Assembly (NCBI GenBank): GCA_963766735.1
Contig: CAVYBU010000004.1
Location: forward strand, 192,001-256,000
Direction of reading: 5' to 3'
Origin: an uncultured Chloroflexia bacterium
GTDB lineage: Bacteria > Chloroflexota > Limnocylindria > Limnocylindrales > CSP1-4
DNA length: 64,000 nucleotides
The translations under genes and the position numbers were made by a program. Shown piece by piece: positions 25,012-34,987 of this stretch (position 1 is its first letter; every line of letters begins with the position of its first letter). A model generated the notes under the pieces. That model was not told where the DNA came from and made no database searches. It was given only the letters and a program-made list of their open reading frames with translations.

Positions 25012-25893
25012 CTACCCGTCGAGGCCCGACAGGCTCCGGATGGCGCGCGCGAGGTTGGACATGTCCTCGTCGCCGTAGCCGCGTGCGACGAGCCCCGCCT
25101 CCAGCTGGGCCGCCAGCGATGACACGGGCAGCGTCGCCCCGACGGATCGGGCGAGCTCGAGGGCGATCGCCAGGTCCTTGAGGTGGAGTGACGTCCGGAA
25201 GCCGAGCGGGTAGTCGTTCGCGATCATCTTGCCGCTGCGGTTCTCGAGGATCCAGCTCCTGGCGACACCGCCGCCGAGGGCCGTCGCCACCACCTCGGGG
25301 TCGAGGCCCGCCTTCATCGCGAGGACCATGCCCTCGGCCACCCCGAGGTAGATCCCGGCGATCACGACCTGGTTGACGGCCTTGACTGCCTGGCCGCTGC
25401 CGGCCGGCCCGAACCGGGTGATCGTCTTGCCCATGGCAGCGAGGACGGGCTGGGCCCGCTCCACCGCTGACTCGTCACCCCCGACGAAGATCGTGAGCGT
25501 CCCGAGCTTCGCTCCCTCGGAGCCACCCGACACCGGGGCGTCCACGAAGGCGATACCTGCGTCCGCGAGGCGGGTGGCGAAGGTCCGGGTGGCGGCCGGC
25601 GAGATGGTGGAGCAATCGATGACGAGGCCGCCCGGGGCGAGGCCCGAGGCGATGCCGTCAGCGCCAAAGAGCACCGCCTCTACATCGGGCGTATCCGACA
25701 CGCAGACGACGACGACATCCGAGGCACGGCCGGCTTCCGCAGGCGTGGCGGCCTCCGTGACGCCCAGGTCCAGGAGCGCCGTCGCCCGACCGGGGGTCCG
25801 GTTCCACGCCGTGACCTCGAAGCCCGCCCGGCGCACGTTCGCGGCCATCGCCGCACCCATCGTGCCCAGGCCCACGAACCCGATATGGTCCAC
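25012..25893 (-). CDS. NAD(P)-dependent beta-hydroxyacid dehydrogenase (3-hydroxyisobutyrate DH / GarR family)
   Basis: GFVGLGTMG, DAPVSGG, GSGQAVKAVNQ. Confidence 0.92.
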   Translation of the reverse strand: MDHIGFVGLGTMGAAMAANVRRAGFEVTAWNRTPGRATALLDLGVTEAATPAEAGRASDVVVVCVSDTPDVEAVLFGADGIASGLAPGGLVIDCSTISPAATRTFATRLADAGIAFVDAPVSGGSEGAKLGTLTIFVGGDESAVERAQPVLAAMGKTITRFGPAGSGQAVKAVNQVVIAGIYLGVAEGMVLAMKAGLDPEVVATALGGGVARSWILENRSGKMIANDYPLGFRTSLHLKDLAIALELARSVGATLPVSSLAAQLEAGLVARGYGDEDMSNLARAIRSLSGLDG

Positions 25894-26041
25894 GACAACA
25901 GCTCCTCCTGCGAAGCTCCGAGGGTAGCGGGTTTGGAGGCGCGCTCGCCGCCCGCGGCGTCGAGGGCCAGATTCGGGGAGGATCAGGCGGAGATCGCGGC
26001 GTCCGCGACCGGGCTCACGGCCGCGGGGGAGTCACCGGCGA

Positions 26042-27376
26042 TCACGCACCGGGCGCGGCGCCGGCAGGTGATGATCCCGCGGGCGACGACCCGGCAGGTG
26101 GCCGATCCGTCCTGGCGCCCGACTCCGGCACCGGCAGGACCGGGGGCGTGAGGGCAAGCGGCTCCTCCCGCAGGGCCGGCAGCACGACGCGGTCCACGAA
26201 CCGCTCGGTGCTGTGGCCGTCGGCGACCTCGAAGGACTCGCGGGCAAAGGCACTAGCTCGCTCGACATCGAAGGACCCGGCCTTCACGTAGGCGGCGAGC
26301 TCGGCGGTCGTCTCGAACACCGGGCCCGGCACGCCACTCCGAAAGTCGAAGTAGAAGCCGCGCTCGTGCTCATACGCGTCGGAGTCCGGGGCGAGGAAGG
26401 CCATCGGGCGCTGCAGGAGTGCAAATTCGAAGATGGCACTCGAGTAGTCCGTGACCATGAGGTCCGCCACGAACATCAGCTCGTTCATGTCCGACCAGTC
26501 CGAGACGTCGATGGCGAAGCCGGACGTCGCCTCGGTCAGGGTGAGTTCGGTCCTGACGAAGGGGTGGAGTCGCATGAGCAGGACCCACTCGTCCGCCAGG
26601 GCGGCATGCATGACGGCGATGTCCAGCGAGTCGTCATAGCGCGCGGAGTGGACGGTGTCGCCGCGGAACGTGGGCGCGTAGAGCAGCACCTTGCGATCCG
26701 CGGGGATCGCATACCGGCTTCGGATGGCCGCGATCGCCTGCGCCTTGTGCGCCTCGTCGAAGAACAAGTCCGTGCGGGGATAGCCGAGCTCCGTCACGAA
26801 ACGCTCCAGCGGCTGACGGTAGGCCTCGATGTAGTGGACGGTCGCCTTGCCCGATGGCATGAGGCACACGTCGTAGTTGGAGTGGATCGGGACGCGCCTC
26901 ACCAGGTCCTCGTCGGCACCGAACCCCTTGTCAAGGACGCTGTAGCCGATCTTCTTGAAGGCGCCGGCCGCGTGCCATGTCTGCACCCGGATCGTGCCCG
27001 GCCGGGGCGTGATGACATACATGGGAAAGAAGTAGTCATCGACCACCAAGACCCGGCTGGTGGCCAGCGCGTAGCCAGACCGGTAGAGGTTGCGGAGAGA
27101 TCGAATCCGACGCCGCACGCTGCCGCCGGTGATCCGGTAGGCAAGCACGCGTACGGGGATCTGCGGCGTGCGACTCGCCAGCTCCTTCTCGATGTACACG
27201 AGGTTCCCGCTGAGTGTCGAGGTGCGCTGGCTTGCCAGCACGACGACCGGCCGGATGGGCATGAGGCGGCCCACAGCGAACCCGAGACGGACCGCCCAGA
27301 TGCGCACCGTCAGGGAGCCGAGGACCTTCCGCGGCCGCAGCCATCGGCGTCGCTCAGTGGGATCGGACACGGACAC
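26042..27376 (-). CDS. CDP-glycerol/ribitol polyol-phosphotransferase (TagB/TagF/TarL family)
   Basis: QTWHAAGAFKKIG, GYPRTD, LLYAPTFRG, RLHP, TDYSSAIFEF; GTG start with GAGGAG. Confidence 0.92.
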   Translation of the reverse strand: MSVSDPTERRRWLRPRKVLGSLTVRIWAVRLGFAVGRLMPIRPVVVLASQRTSTLSGNLVYIEKELASRTPQIPVRVLAYRITGGSVRRRIRSLRNLYRSGYALATSRVLVVDDYFFPMYVITPRPGTIRVQTWHAAGAFKKIGYSVLDKGFGADEDLVRRVPIHSNYDVCLMPSGKATVHYIEAYRQPLERFVTELGYPRTDLFFDEAHKAQAIAAIRSRYAIPADRKVLLYAPTFRGDTVHSARYDDSLDIAVMHAALADEWVLLMRLHPFVRTELTLTEATSGFAIDVSDWSDMNELMFVADLMVTDYSSAIFEFALLQRPMAFLAPDSDAYEHERGFYFDFRSGVPGPVFETTAELAAYVKAGSFDVERASAFARESFEVADGHSTERFVDRVVLPALREEPLALTPPVLPVPESGARTDRPPAGSSPAGSSPAGAAPGA

Positions 27377-27570
27377 GAATCGGGGCTCCTCGGGCGTGGT
27401 CGTCTGCGATGATAGTGCCACCGGGGGTGGCGGGTCCCGCGCGGCCGCCGCCGCGTTCTCCGCCAGAGATCGGGCACACTGTCGCGAACGCGACCGATCA
27501 AGGCAGACGACCCGCGACCGACGCCAGGGGTCGGACCGGGAGCGATCGGAGTGTATGGCCGGGAGGGGCA

Positions 27571-28257
27571 ATGACAACCGGGATGGTGGTGCTCGCAGGT
27601 GGCATCGGACGGCGGATCGGACGGCCGGTGCCGAAGCAGTTCCTGCTCCTCGGCGGCAAGCCTCTCCTCATCCACGTCCTGGAGAAGGCGCGGGCGATTC
27701 CCGAGATCGAGCGCGTGGTGATCGCCTGCCCGGCCGACCACCTCGACGCGACGCGGGAGCTCGTGGAGAACCATCGCATGGGGGCCAAGTTCAGCTGCGT
27801 CGTGGGCGGGGTGTCGCGCCAGGAGTCGTGCTACCTCGGCCTCTTGGCGCTGGGCGACGTCGACTCGGTAATCATCCATGAGGCAGTTCGACCGCTGGTG
27901 AGCGTGGACGACTTCCGGCGGCTGATGGACGCCGAGGACGCGAACGCCATGTTCGGCAGCCCGATCCCGTTCACTGTCCTCAAGGGTCACGACTACATCG
28001 AGAGCCTGCTGGAGCGGGATGAACTCGTGAACGTCCAGCTCCCCCAGAAGTTCGACCGGGTCCGGCTGCTGGCGGCGCACGAGGCCGCCCGCGCCGACGG
28101 CCGCGACTTCACGGAGGATGCAAGCCTGTTCTTCGTGTACGCGCATGAGCCGGTCCGGATCCTCCCGGGCATGGACCACAACATCAAGATCACGGTCCCC
28201 ACGGACACGGTGACGGCCGAGGCGATCTACGCCGACATCATCGGTCGGCGGTCCTGA
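27571..28257 (+). CDS. IspD/TarI family polyol-phosphate cytidylyltransferase
   Basis: LAGGIGRR, PKQFL, IHEAVRP, QLPQ, NIKIT; second IspD-like paralog in the window, located among TagB/F genes. Confidence 0.88.
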   Translation: MTTGMVVLAGGIGRRIGRPVPKQFLLLGGKPLLIHVLEKARAIPEIERVVIACPADHLDATRELVENHRMGAKFSCVVGGVSRQESCYLGLLALGDVDSVIIHEAVRPLVSVDDFRRLMDAEDANAMFGSPIPFTVLKGHDYIESLLERDELVNVQLPQKFDRVRLLAAHEAARADGRDFTEDASLFFVYAHEPVRILPGMDHNIKITVPTDTVTAEAIYADIIGRRS

Positions 28258-28259
28258 GC

Positions 28260-28964
28260 ATGGGCAAGGTCTGCGTCATAACCGGGGCGAGCCAGGGAAT
28301 TGGGCGCGCGGCCGCGGTCGAGATGAGCCGTCGCACCGATGTCGAGGTCATCGTCCTGGTGGCCCGCAGCGCGAGCGGGATCGCCGAGACGGCCGCGGCC
28401 ATGAGCCATGAGGGCAAGGTCATCCGCCGGCTGCCCTACGACCTGGGAGACCTCGACGGCGTCCCGTCGCTCGTGGAGGGCATCTGCGGGGAGTTCGGCG
28501 GGATCGACCTGCTGCTCAACATCGCGGGCTACGCAGAGCCCAAGTCGCTGCTCGACACGACGGCGAGCAACCTCGTTACGACCTTCACGATCAACGTCTT
28601 CGCGATGCTGGTGCTGATCCGGGAGATGGTCCGCTTCAATCAGGGCCGACCAGCCAAGATCCTCAACGTCGCCTCCACCGCGGGCATCACCGCCCGGCCC
28701 GGCTGGGTAGCCTACGCGGCGTCCAAGGCAGCCGTGGTCTCGCTCGGCGCGACGCTGGCCGAGGAGCTCGCCGGATCCGGCATCAAGGTGTACACGATCT
28801 CCCCGGGACGCACGGCAACCGAGCTGCGGCGGACGCTAGCGCCCGACGAGGACCCCTCCACGATCATGCAGCCGACGCAGGTCGCCCGGGTCATCCGGAC
28901 CCTGATGAGCGACGACGAGCTCACCCTGGACGGTCAGAACATCATCGTCCGCCAGCAGATGTGA
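28260..28964 (+). CDS. SDR family oxidoreductase (candidate pentulose-5-phosphate reductase)
   Basis: TGASQGIG, NIAG, YAASK; coupled to the TarI-like gene. Confidence 0.88.
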   Translation: MGKVCVITGASQGIGRAAAVEMSRRTDVEVIVLVARSASGIAETAAAMSHEGKVIRRLPYDLGDLDGVPSLVEGICGEFGGIDLLLNIAGYAEPKSLLDTTASNLVTTFTINVFAMLVLIREMVRFNQGRPAKILNVASTAGITARPGWVAYAASKAAVVSLGATLAEELAGSGIKVYTISPGRTATELRRTLAPDEDPSTIMQPTQVARVIRTLMSDDELTLDGQNIIVRQQM

Positions 28965-28971
28965 CCGGGGG

Positions 28972-30108
28972 ATGACCCGCCGGGAGTACTTGCTGGCTGC
29001 CGAGGTGTTGCGCGTCCTGGGATGGCTGTTCTCCTTCCTGCCGCTGGATCGCAGCCGCGTGGTCCTCGCGACGGCCCGCTATCCGGTCCTCGAGGGGAAT
29101 CTGCTGGCACTCGACAGGGCAATCCGCCGGCTGCGCCCGGACGTGCGGATCGTCCGCCTCCTTGAACCGTATGCATACGAGCTCGGTGGCAAGGTGCGCT
29201 ACCTCCTGCGGCTGGTGCGCGGGATGTACCACCTGCGCACCGCCGGGCTGGTAGTGGTGGACAACGCCTGGCTGCCCGTGCATGTGTCACCGCACCGGCA
29301 GGGCACGACGGTCGTCCAGGTCTGGCACGCGGCCGGAGCGCTCAAGCGGTTTGGGCTGGACGCCACCGTGCCGATGGCGGAGCCCGAGGCGGCGTTCATC
29401 CACCGCTACTACGACTACGCGATCGCCTCGGGCGAGGCCGGACGAGGCCCCTGGTCCCGCGCACTCCGGACGCCGCTCGAGCGCGTGCTCCCGCTGGGCA
29501 CGCCGAGGACCGACGAACTCTTCGATGGGGAGGCGCTCGAGGCCGCACGGACCCGTCTGCTCGCCGCCTACCCGGCGCTGGCGGGCCGGCGGATCGCCCT
29601 CTACGCTCCGACGTTCCGCGGTCGGGGGCGGGCGAAGACAGGCACGGCCGCGCTGGACGGCAGGCGGCTCCGCGAACGCCTCCCGGCCGAGTGGGCGCTC
29701 GTGGCCAAGACCCATCCGAACCTGGACCCGGCCACCCAGCCGCTGCCCGGGTTCGACGTGGTGGCCGACCCGGGTTCGGACATGAACGCCTGGCTCGCGC
29801 TGGCCGACGTCCTCGTGACCGACTACTCGTCGGCCATCTTCGAGTGGGCCCTGCTCCGGCGGCCGCTGGTCCTGCTAGTCGACGATCTTGAGGCCTACGA
29901 GAGGGATCCGGGCCTCTATCTCGACTATCGGACCCAGATGATCGGAGACGTGGTGCGCGACACGGACGCCGTGGCTGACGCCATCCTGGCCGGGCGCGTG
30001 GACGCCGCCGCATGGGACGCGTTCATCCGTGACAATCTGGGTGCCTGCGACGGGATGGCGAGTGAACGCTTCGTGGAGCGCTTCCTGCCGGCCCGACCAC
30101 CTCGATGA
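28972..30108 (+). CDS. CDP-glycerol/ribitol polyol-phosphotransferase (TagB/TagF family)
   Basis: QVWHAAGALKRFG, GTPRTD, LYAPTFRG, KTHP, TDYSSAIFEW. Confidence 0.92.
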   Translation: MTRREYLLAAEVLRVLGWLFSFLPLDRSRVVLATARYPVLEGNLLALDRAIRRLRPDVRIVRLLEPYAYELGGKVRYLLRLVRGMYHLRTAGLVVVDNAWLPVHVSPHRQGTTVVQVWHAAGALKRFGLDATVPMAEPEAAFIHRYYDYAIASGEAGRGPWSRALRTPLERVLPLGTPRTDELFDGEALEAARTRLLAAYPALAGRRIALYAPTFRGRGRAKTGTAALDGRRLRERLPAEWALVAKTHPNLDPATQPLPGFDVVADPGSDMNAWLALADVLVTDYSSAIFEWALLRRPLVLLVDDLEAYERDPGLYLDYRTQMIGDVVRDTDAVADAILAGRVDAAAWDAFIRDNLGACDGMASERFVERFLPARPPR

Positions 30109-30983
30109 CCGCCGGGGGAACGTCCATGACCCGCCACGAGCTCCTGGCCGCGCTTCATCGCCTGCTCCGCCCGCGAACCTACCTGGAGATCGGCGTGAAT
30201 GACGGTCGCAGCCTCGCGCTGGCATCGGTGCCTTCTATCGGGGTGGATCCGGCGTACCGGATCCGAGTCCGGCTCCACCAGGACGCCCATCTCGCGAAGT
30301 CGACCAGTGACGCGTTCTTCGCCCGGCGCGACCCACTGGCGCCCCTCCGGCCCGGGCCCCGGCGTCGCGGCCTGCGGCGCCGCCTGGCGCGCCTCATCGT
30401 GCGCCTCCGCCGGGACCCCTCACCCACCCTGGATCTTGCCTTCATCGACGGGATGCACTGGTTCGAGTTCGCTCTGCGCGACTTCATGAACATCGAGCGC
30501 CATGCCTCGCCGGGCGCGGTGATCGTGTTCGACGACGTCCTGCCGCGCACCGTCGAGGAAGCCGGCCGCAACCGCACGACCCAGTTCTGGGCCGGTGACG
30601 TGTTCAAGGTGGCGGACGTCCTGCGCACCTACCGTCCCGACCTTGTCATCCGGCTCGTTGACACCGAGCCCACCGGCCTGCTCCTTGTGCTCAACCCCGA
30701 CCCGATGAGCACGACGCTCGCCGACCGCTACGACGAGATCATCGCGGCGACCGTCGCCCCGGATCCCCAGCTCGTGCCGTCCGCCATCCTGACCCGGCAC
30801 GACGCCGTGAACCCGGAGATCCTGCTGGCCAGTGGCGCCTGGGAGGCGCTGATCCGCGCCCGGTCCGGCACGCTATCCCGCGCCGATCTGGCGGACGAGC
30901 TCCGCCGCTACCTGCCGTCCCCGGCGAGCTCGTCCGATGCTCGCGCCGGACTGGGCGGGCCGGGTCCGATCATCGACGCCTGA
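30105..30983 (+). CDS. Class I SAM-dependent methyltransferase (Methyltransf_24-like)
   Basis: YLEIGVNDGRS, DLAFIDGMH, VFDDV; alternative start at 30126. Confidence 0.85.
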   Translation: MTAGGTSMTRHELLAALHRLLRPRTYLEIGVNDGRSLALASVPSIGVDPAYRIRVRLHQDAHLAKSTSDAFFARRDPLAPLRPGPRRRGLRRRLARLIVRLRRDPSPTLDLAFIDGMHWFEFALRDFMNIERHASPGAVIVFDDVLPRTVEEAGRNRTTQFWAGDVFKVADVLRTYRPDLVIRLVDTEPTGLLLVLNPDPMSTTLADRYDEIIAATVAPDPQLVPSAILTRHDAVNPEILLASGAWEALIRARSGTLSRADLADELRRYLPSPASSSDARAGLGGPGPIIDA

Positions 30984-33037
30984 TGCCCAAGCCGGGCCTC
31001 CGGGCCTCGATCGTCATCCCGGTCTACAACCCCGGCCCGGCGATCGAACGCTGCATCGCATCCGTGCTCACGCAGACCCTGGCGACCGACGAGTACGAGG
31101 TCATCTTCGTCGACGACGGGTCCACCGACGGCACGCCGGCCGGCCTGGACGCCCTCGCCGCGGCTGACGCCCGGGTCTCGGTCATCCACACACCAAACTC
31201 GGGATGGGCCGGCCGGCCGCGCAACGTCGGGATCGATGCAGCGCGCGGGGCATACGTCCAATTCGTGGACCACGACGACGAGCTGACGCCAGAGGCGCTG
31301 GAGCGCCTCCTTGCGCTGGCAGAGAAGAACATGTCGGACATCGTGCTGGGCAAGGAGGCGAGCGACTTCCGGCCCGTTGCGGTGGGCGTGTTCCAGCGCA
31401 ATCGGGACCGCTGCACCATCGCCGATGCTCCCCTGATCCTCAACCTCACGCCGCACAAGATGTTCCGTACCGCGTTCCTCCGCGAGCACGGCCTGCGGTT
31501 CCCGGAGGGCCGGCGCCGGCTGGAGGACCAGCTGTTCGTGGTCCAGGCCTACTTCGCGGCCGACACGATCTCCATCCTGGCCGACCACGTCTGCTACCGA
31601 TACCGGGCGCGGGAGGATGGGGGCAACGCCGCGGACGTCCTGCCCGACCCGGCCGGCTACTACGCGAACGCCCACGAGGTCACGGATGTGGTGATGGCCA
31701 ACACCACGCCTGGCGAGCTGCGCGATCGACTCCTGGTCCGCTTCCTGCGCACCGAGGCGCTCGGGCGCCTGACCGACGCCCGGTTCACCGACTGCGAGCC
31801 CGACTACCGGACCGCGCTGTTCGAGGCAGCCCGGTCCTTCGCCCGCGACATCACGACCCCGGGCGCCATCGCGGCCCTCGAGACGCTCCAGGCGCTGCGC
31901 CTCCGCCTGCTCCTTGATGGCGATCTCGACGGGATGGTCCGCCTGGCCGAGCACACGACCGGGATCCTCGCGACGGCGCGGCTGGTGGACGCGAGCTGGC
32001 GTGGTTCGGCGATGTCACTCTCTTTGCGCTGCGGCTTGACGGGGTCCGACGGCACCCCGCTGATGCTGGCCAGGGACGATGACCGCTGGCACGTCCTGCC
32101 GTCGATGCCTGCCGAGCTCCGCACGGCGACAGGAGGGGTGCCCGGAGATCCCGCGCGGGCGCGCGTGACGATGACGGTGCGGGACCCGGCGACTGGAGCC
32201 GAATGGGTCCTTCGGGCATCGACAAGCCCATGCCTCCCGGCACCGAGTGAGGCGCACGACCCCAACGCTCCCGTCTCGGAACCGGGACCGGAAGGCCGAC
32301 CGCCGGGGAACGGCGCGCCGCAAGAGCCGATGGCAGTCGAGCTGGACGTCCATGCCACGCTTCTCCCGCGGCGGATCGCGGCCGGCAGGCACCTGCCCGA
32401 CGGATGCTGGGAGCTGAACGCCCGCATGTTCGTGGGCGGCCTTGACCACCGTTCGCGCGTGCGCCTGGCGGGGGTCTTCGCGCTGCCGCCGGATATTCGT
32501 GGCGCGGCGCCGGTGGTCACCTGGCTGAGCCACACCGAGGACGGCGTGATGACGGTCGAGACGGGCCGCGGCCCTGCTGCCGTGGCCCGGGCAGCCGCCC
32601 GCTGCGCGCCGGTCCTGGGACCAACGGATGGGCGCCGGCTCGAGCTGTTCATGCCGGCACGCGTGGCGCACGACGTCGACCGGATCGCGGCGGAGCTCGG
32701 GATCGTGGACGCCACGGGGCCCGTGTTCCAGCCCGCGGCGCTCGTCCCGGTCACGGGCGGCCTGCGCGCGGCAGCGACGTTCCGTCCGGTACGGGGGGCG
32801 GCGCATACGGCGCGGCTGGTGCTCCGGGTCGGGGGCGACCCGGCGGCGCAGGTTGACCTCGGGGTGGCCTCCGTCACGGCCCGCGGGCACATCCGGCCGG
32901 ACCGAGCGCCACTTGTGAGCTCCGTGCGCCTTGCCGCGTACCGCGTGCGCCGCGAGGCGCTCCGGACCCGGAGGCGCGCGGGTTCCGTCGTGCGGCGGTC
33001 GGTGCGCAGGTTGCGCGGACACCTGCGCGGCGCATAG
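30983..33037 (+). CDS. GT2 glycosyltransferase (TarS-like N-terminal domain)
   Basis: SIVIPVYN, VDDGSTD, NSGWAGRPRNVG, FVDHDD, LEDQLF. Confidence 0.88.
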   Translation: MPKPGLRASIVIPVYNPGPAIERCIASVLTQTLATDEYEVIFVDDGSTDGTPAGLDALAAADARVSVIHTPNSGWAGRPRNVGIDAARGAYVQFVDHDDELTPEALERLLALAEKNMSDIVLGKEASDFRPVAVGVFQRNRDRCTIADAPLILNLTPHKMFRTAFLREHGLRFPEGRRRLEDQLFVVQAYFAADTISILADHVCYRYRAREDGGNAADVLPDPAGYYANAHEVTDVVMANTTPGELRDRLLVRFLRTEALGRLTDARFTDCEPDYRTALFEAARSFARDITTPGAIAALETLQALRLRLLLDGDLDGMVRLAEHTTGILATARLVDASWRGSAMSLSLRCGLTGSDGTPLMLARDDDRWHVLPSMPAELRTATGGVPGDPARARVTMTVRDPATGAEWVLRASTSPCLPAPSEAHDPNAPVSEPGPEGRPPGNGAPQEPMAVELDVHATLLPRRIAAGRHLPDGCWELNARMFVGGLDHRSRVRLAGVFALPPDIRGAAPVVTWLSHTEDGVMTVETGRGPAAVARAAARCAPVLGPTDGRRLELFMPARVAHDVDRIAAELGIVDATGPVFQPAALVPVTGGLRAAATFRPVRGAAHTARLVLRVGGDPAAQVDLGVASVTARGHIRPDRAPLVSSVRLAAYRVRREALRTRRRAGSVVRRSVRRLRGHLRGA

Positions 33038-33154
33038 GGCCTGCCGGCGATGCTCATGGTCGGTACCCACGATCACGGGGACTCGACGGTGTCGGATACC
33101 GTGCCCGGGTCCGCGAGCCCTCTCGGGGACAGCCCGTTGTCGTACCATCCGCCC

Positions 33155-33847
33155 ATGAACGGGCTCGACATCAACCCTCGGCGCCTCGGCACGGGGCTGC
33201 TCGCCTTCGGCATGGCCGGCGTGATCCTCGCGGGGCTCATTGCCGCGGCCCTCGTCGGCGGCGCGATCGCCGCCCGCAACCTGGACGAGCGCCTGCTCGC
33301 GGACCAGGAGCGGATCGCGGCCTCGCTGACCCGGCTCACGCTCACGATGGACTCGCTGGCCGTCACGACGGATCACGCGGGCGAGACGCTGGCCACCTCC
33401 CGGGATGCCATCGCCCACGCGAGCGACCTCCTGGGCGACCTGTCCGCCGCGTCCGCCGACGTGGGGACCGCGCTGGACATCAGCATCCTGGGCAGCCAGC
33501 CGTTTGCGTCCGCGGCGGAGAAGCTCCAGGAGGTGGGGCGAGCCCTCGCGGTGTTCCAGCAGGATGCCCAGGCGCTTGCCCTGAACCTGGACGCGAATGC
33601 CACCGACGCCGCGACCATGGCCAATGAGATCCGGTCCATCAAGACGCAGGTCGCGGAGCTGGCGGCCATCGTGGCCGGCTTCGACCGGATCGACGAGATG
33701 GTGGGGCTCCTGATCGGAGGGATCGTGCTGGGCGCGCTGCTGACCGCGTGGGTGGGCCTGGCCGCCGCAGGGTGCGCCTGGGTGGGCTGGCAATTGCGCA
33801 GGACGACGCCAACGTCCCCCGCTGATCGCGCGGCGCCCGCCGGCTGA
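33155..33847 (+). CDS. Hypothetical membrane protein with a coiled-coil region between TM helices
   Basis: Hydrophobic N- and C-terminal helices; ATG at 33155 is 6 nt after TACCAT. Confidence 0.7.
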   Translation: MNGLDINPRRLGTGLLAFGMAGVILAGLIAAALVGGAIAARNLDERLLADQERIAASLTRLTLTMDSLAVTTDHAGETLATSRDAIAHASDLLGDLSAASADVGTALDISILGSQPFASAAEKLQEVGRALAVFQQDAQALALNLDANATDAATMANEIRSIKTQVAELAAIVAGFDRIDEMVGLLIGGIVLGALLTAWVGLAAAGCAWVGWQLRRTTPTSPADRAAPAG

Positions 33848-33929
33848 TCCGCGAACCAGGTGACCCCGCGGCATCGGCCGCCGGCCGGCTGAACCAGCGG
33901 CTCCCGCCGCCGGCGGCGATACTGGAGCC

Positions 33930-34871
33930 ATGGCAACGAAGGTCATCCTCGACGTCGACACCGGAACCGACGACGCGGTCGCGCTGATGATCGCGGCCCT
34001 CTCCCCTGCTCTGGAGCTCGTGGGCGCGACGGTCGTCAACGGCAACACCAACGTCGACAACTGCGTGGAGAACACGCTCCGCGTCTTCGAGTGGATCGGA
34101 CTGCCGGCAACGCCCGTCCATCGCGGCATGTCCCGCCCGCTCGCGCGCCCCCAGCCGACCCAGCTCAACCCGGCGTCCCGGATCCACGGGGACTTCCTGG
34201 ACCTGCCCCCGGCGACCATCGCGGCGGGCGCCACGCATGCCGTGGACTGGCTGATCGACACCTACCTGGCCTCCGACGGCGACATCACCCTCGTCCCGGT
34301 GGGACCCCTGACGAACATCGCGACCGCGATCCAGAAGGAACCGCGGATCCTCGGCAAGATCCCCGAGATCGTGCTCATGGGCGGCGCCCACGATCACGGG
34401 AACTCCACGGCGTCGGCGGAGTTCAACATCTGGCTGGACCCGGACGCGGCCCGGATCGTGGTCAACTGCGGGCGCCCGATCCGGATGATCCCGCTCGATG
34501 CCACGCACCGCGCGCTCGTCTCCAGCGACGACTGCAGGGCGCTGCGGGCCCTTGGCACGCCCGCCGGCGAGGCTGCCGCCCGCTTCACCGAGAAGCGGAT
34601 CGACGGCTACGACGCCACCCAGCCGATGCATCGCGCGGGCGCGGCGCCCGTGCACGACGCGCTCGCCGTGTGCGCGGTCATTGACCCGTCGGTGGTGACC
34701 ACCCACCACATCCCGGTGGACGTGGAGACCGGCGGTGAGCTGTCCGTCGGCAGGACGGTCTGCGACTTCCGGTTCCGCAGCGGGAGGCCCGCCAACGTGC
34801 ACTTCGCCATGGACGCGGACGAGCCGAAGTTCGTGCGGATGCTGCTGGACGTCCTGGGCCGGACTGCCTGA
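33930..34871 (+). CDS. Inosine/uridine-preferring nucleoside hydrolase
   Basis: LDVDTGTDDAVA, VGPLTNIA, MGG, AEFNIWLDP, VHDALA. Confidence 0.95.
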   Translation: MATKVILDVDTGTDDAVALMIAALSPALELVGATVVNGNTNVDNCVENTLRVFEWIGLPATPVHRGMSRPLARPQPTQLNPASRIHGDFLDLPPATIAAGATHAVDWLIDTYLASDGDITLVPVGPLTNIATAIQKEPRILGKIPEIVLMGGAHDHGNSTASAEFNIWLDPDAARIVVNCGRPIRMIPLDATHRALVSSDDCRALRALGTPAGEAAARFTEKRIDGYDATQPMHRAGAAPVHDALAVCAVIDPSVVTTHHIPVDVETGGELSVGRTVCDFRFRSGRPANVHFAMDADEPKFVRMLLDVLGRTA

Positions 34872-34987
34872 CGGACGAGACCTGGCCCGCAGGAGCGCGC
34901 CGGGCGCGGCGGGGCGCGGGGAGCTGGCGCGCGGGGAGCGGGCGCGCGGGAGCAAGCGCGCGGGGAGCGGGTGCCCGCAGATCCGGG

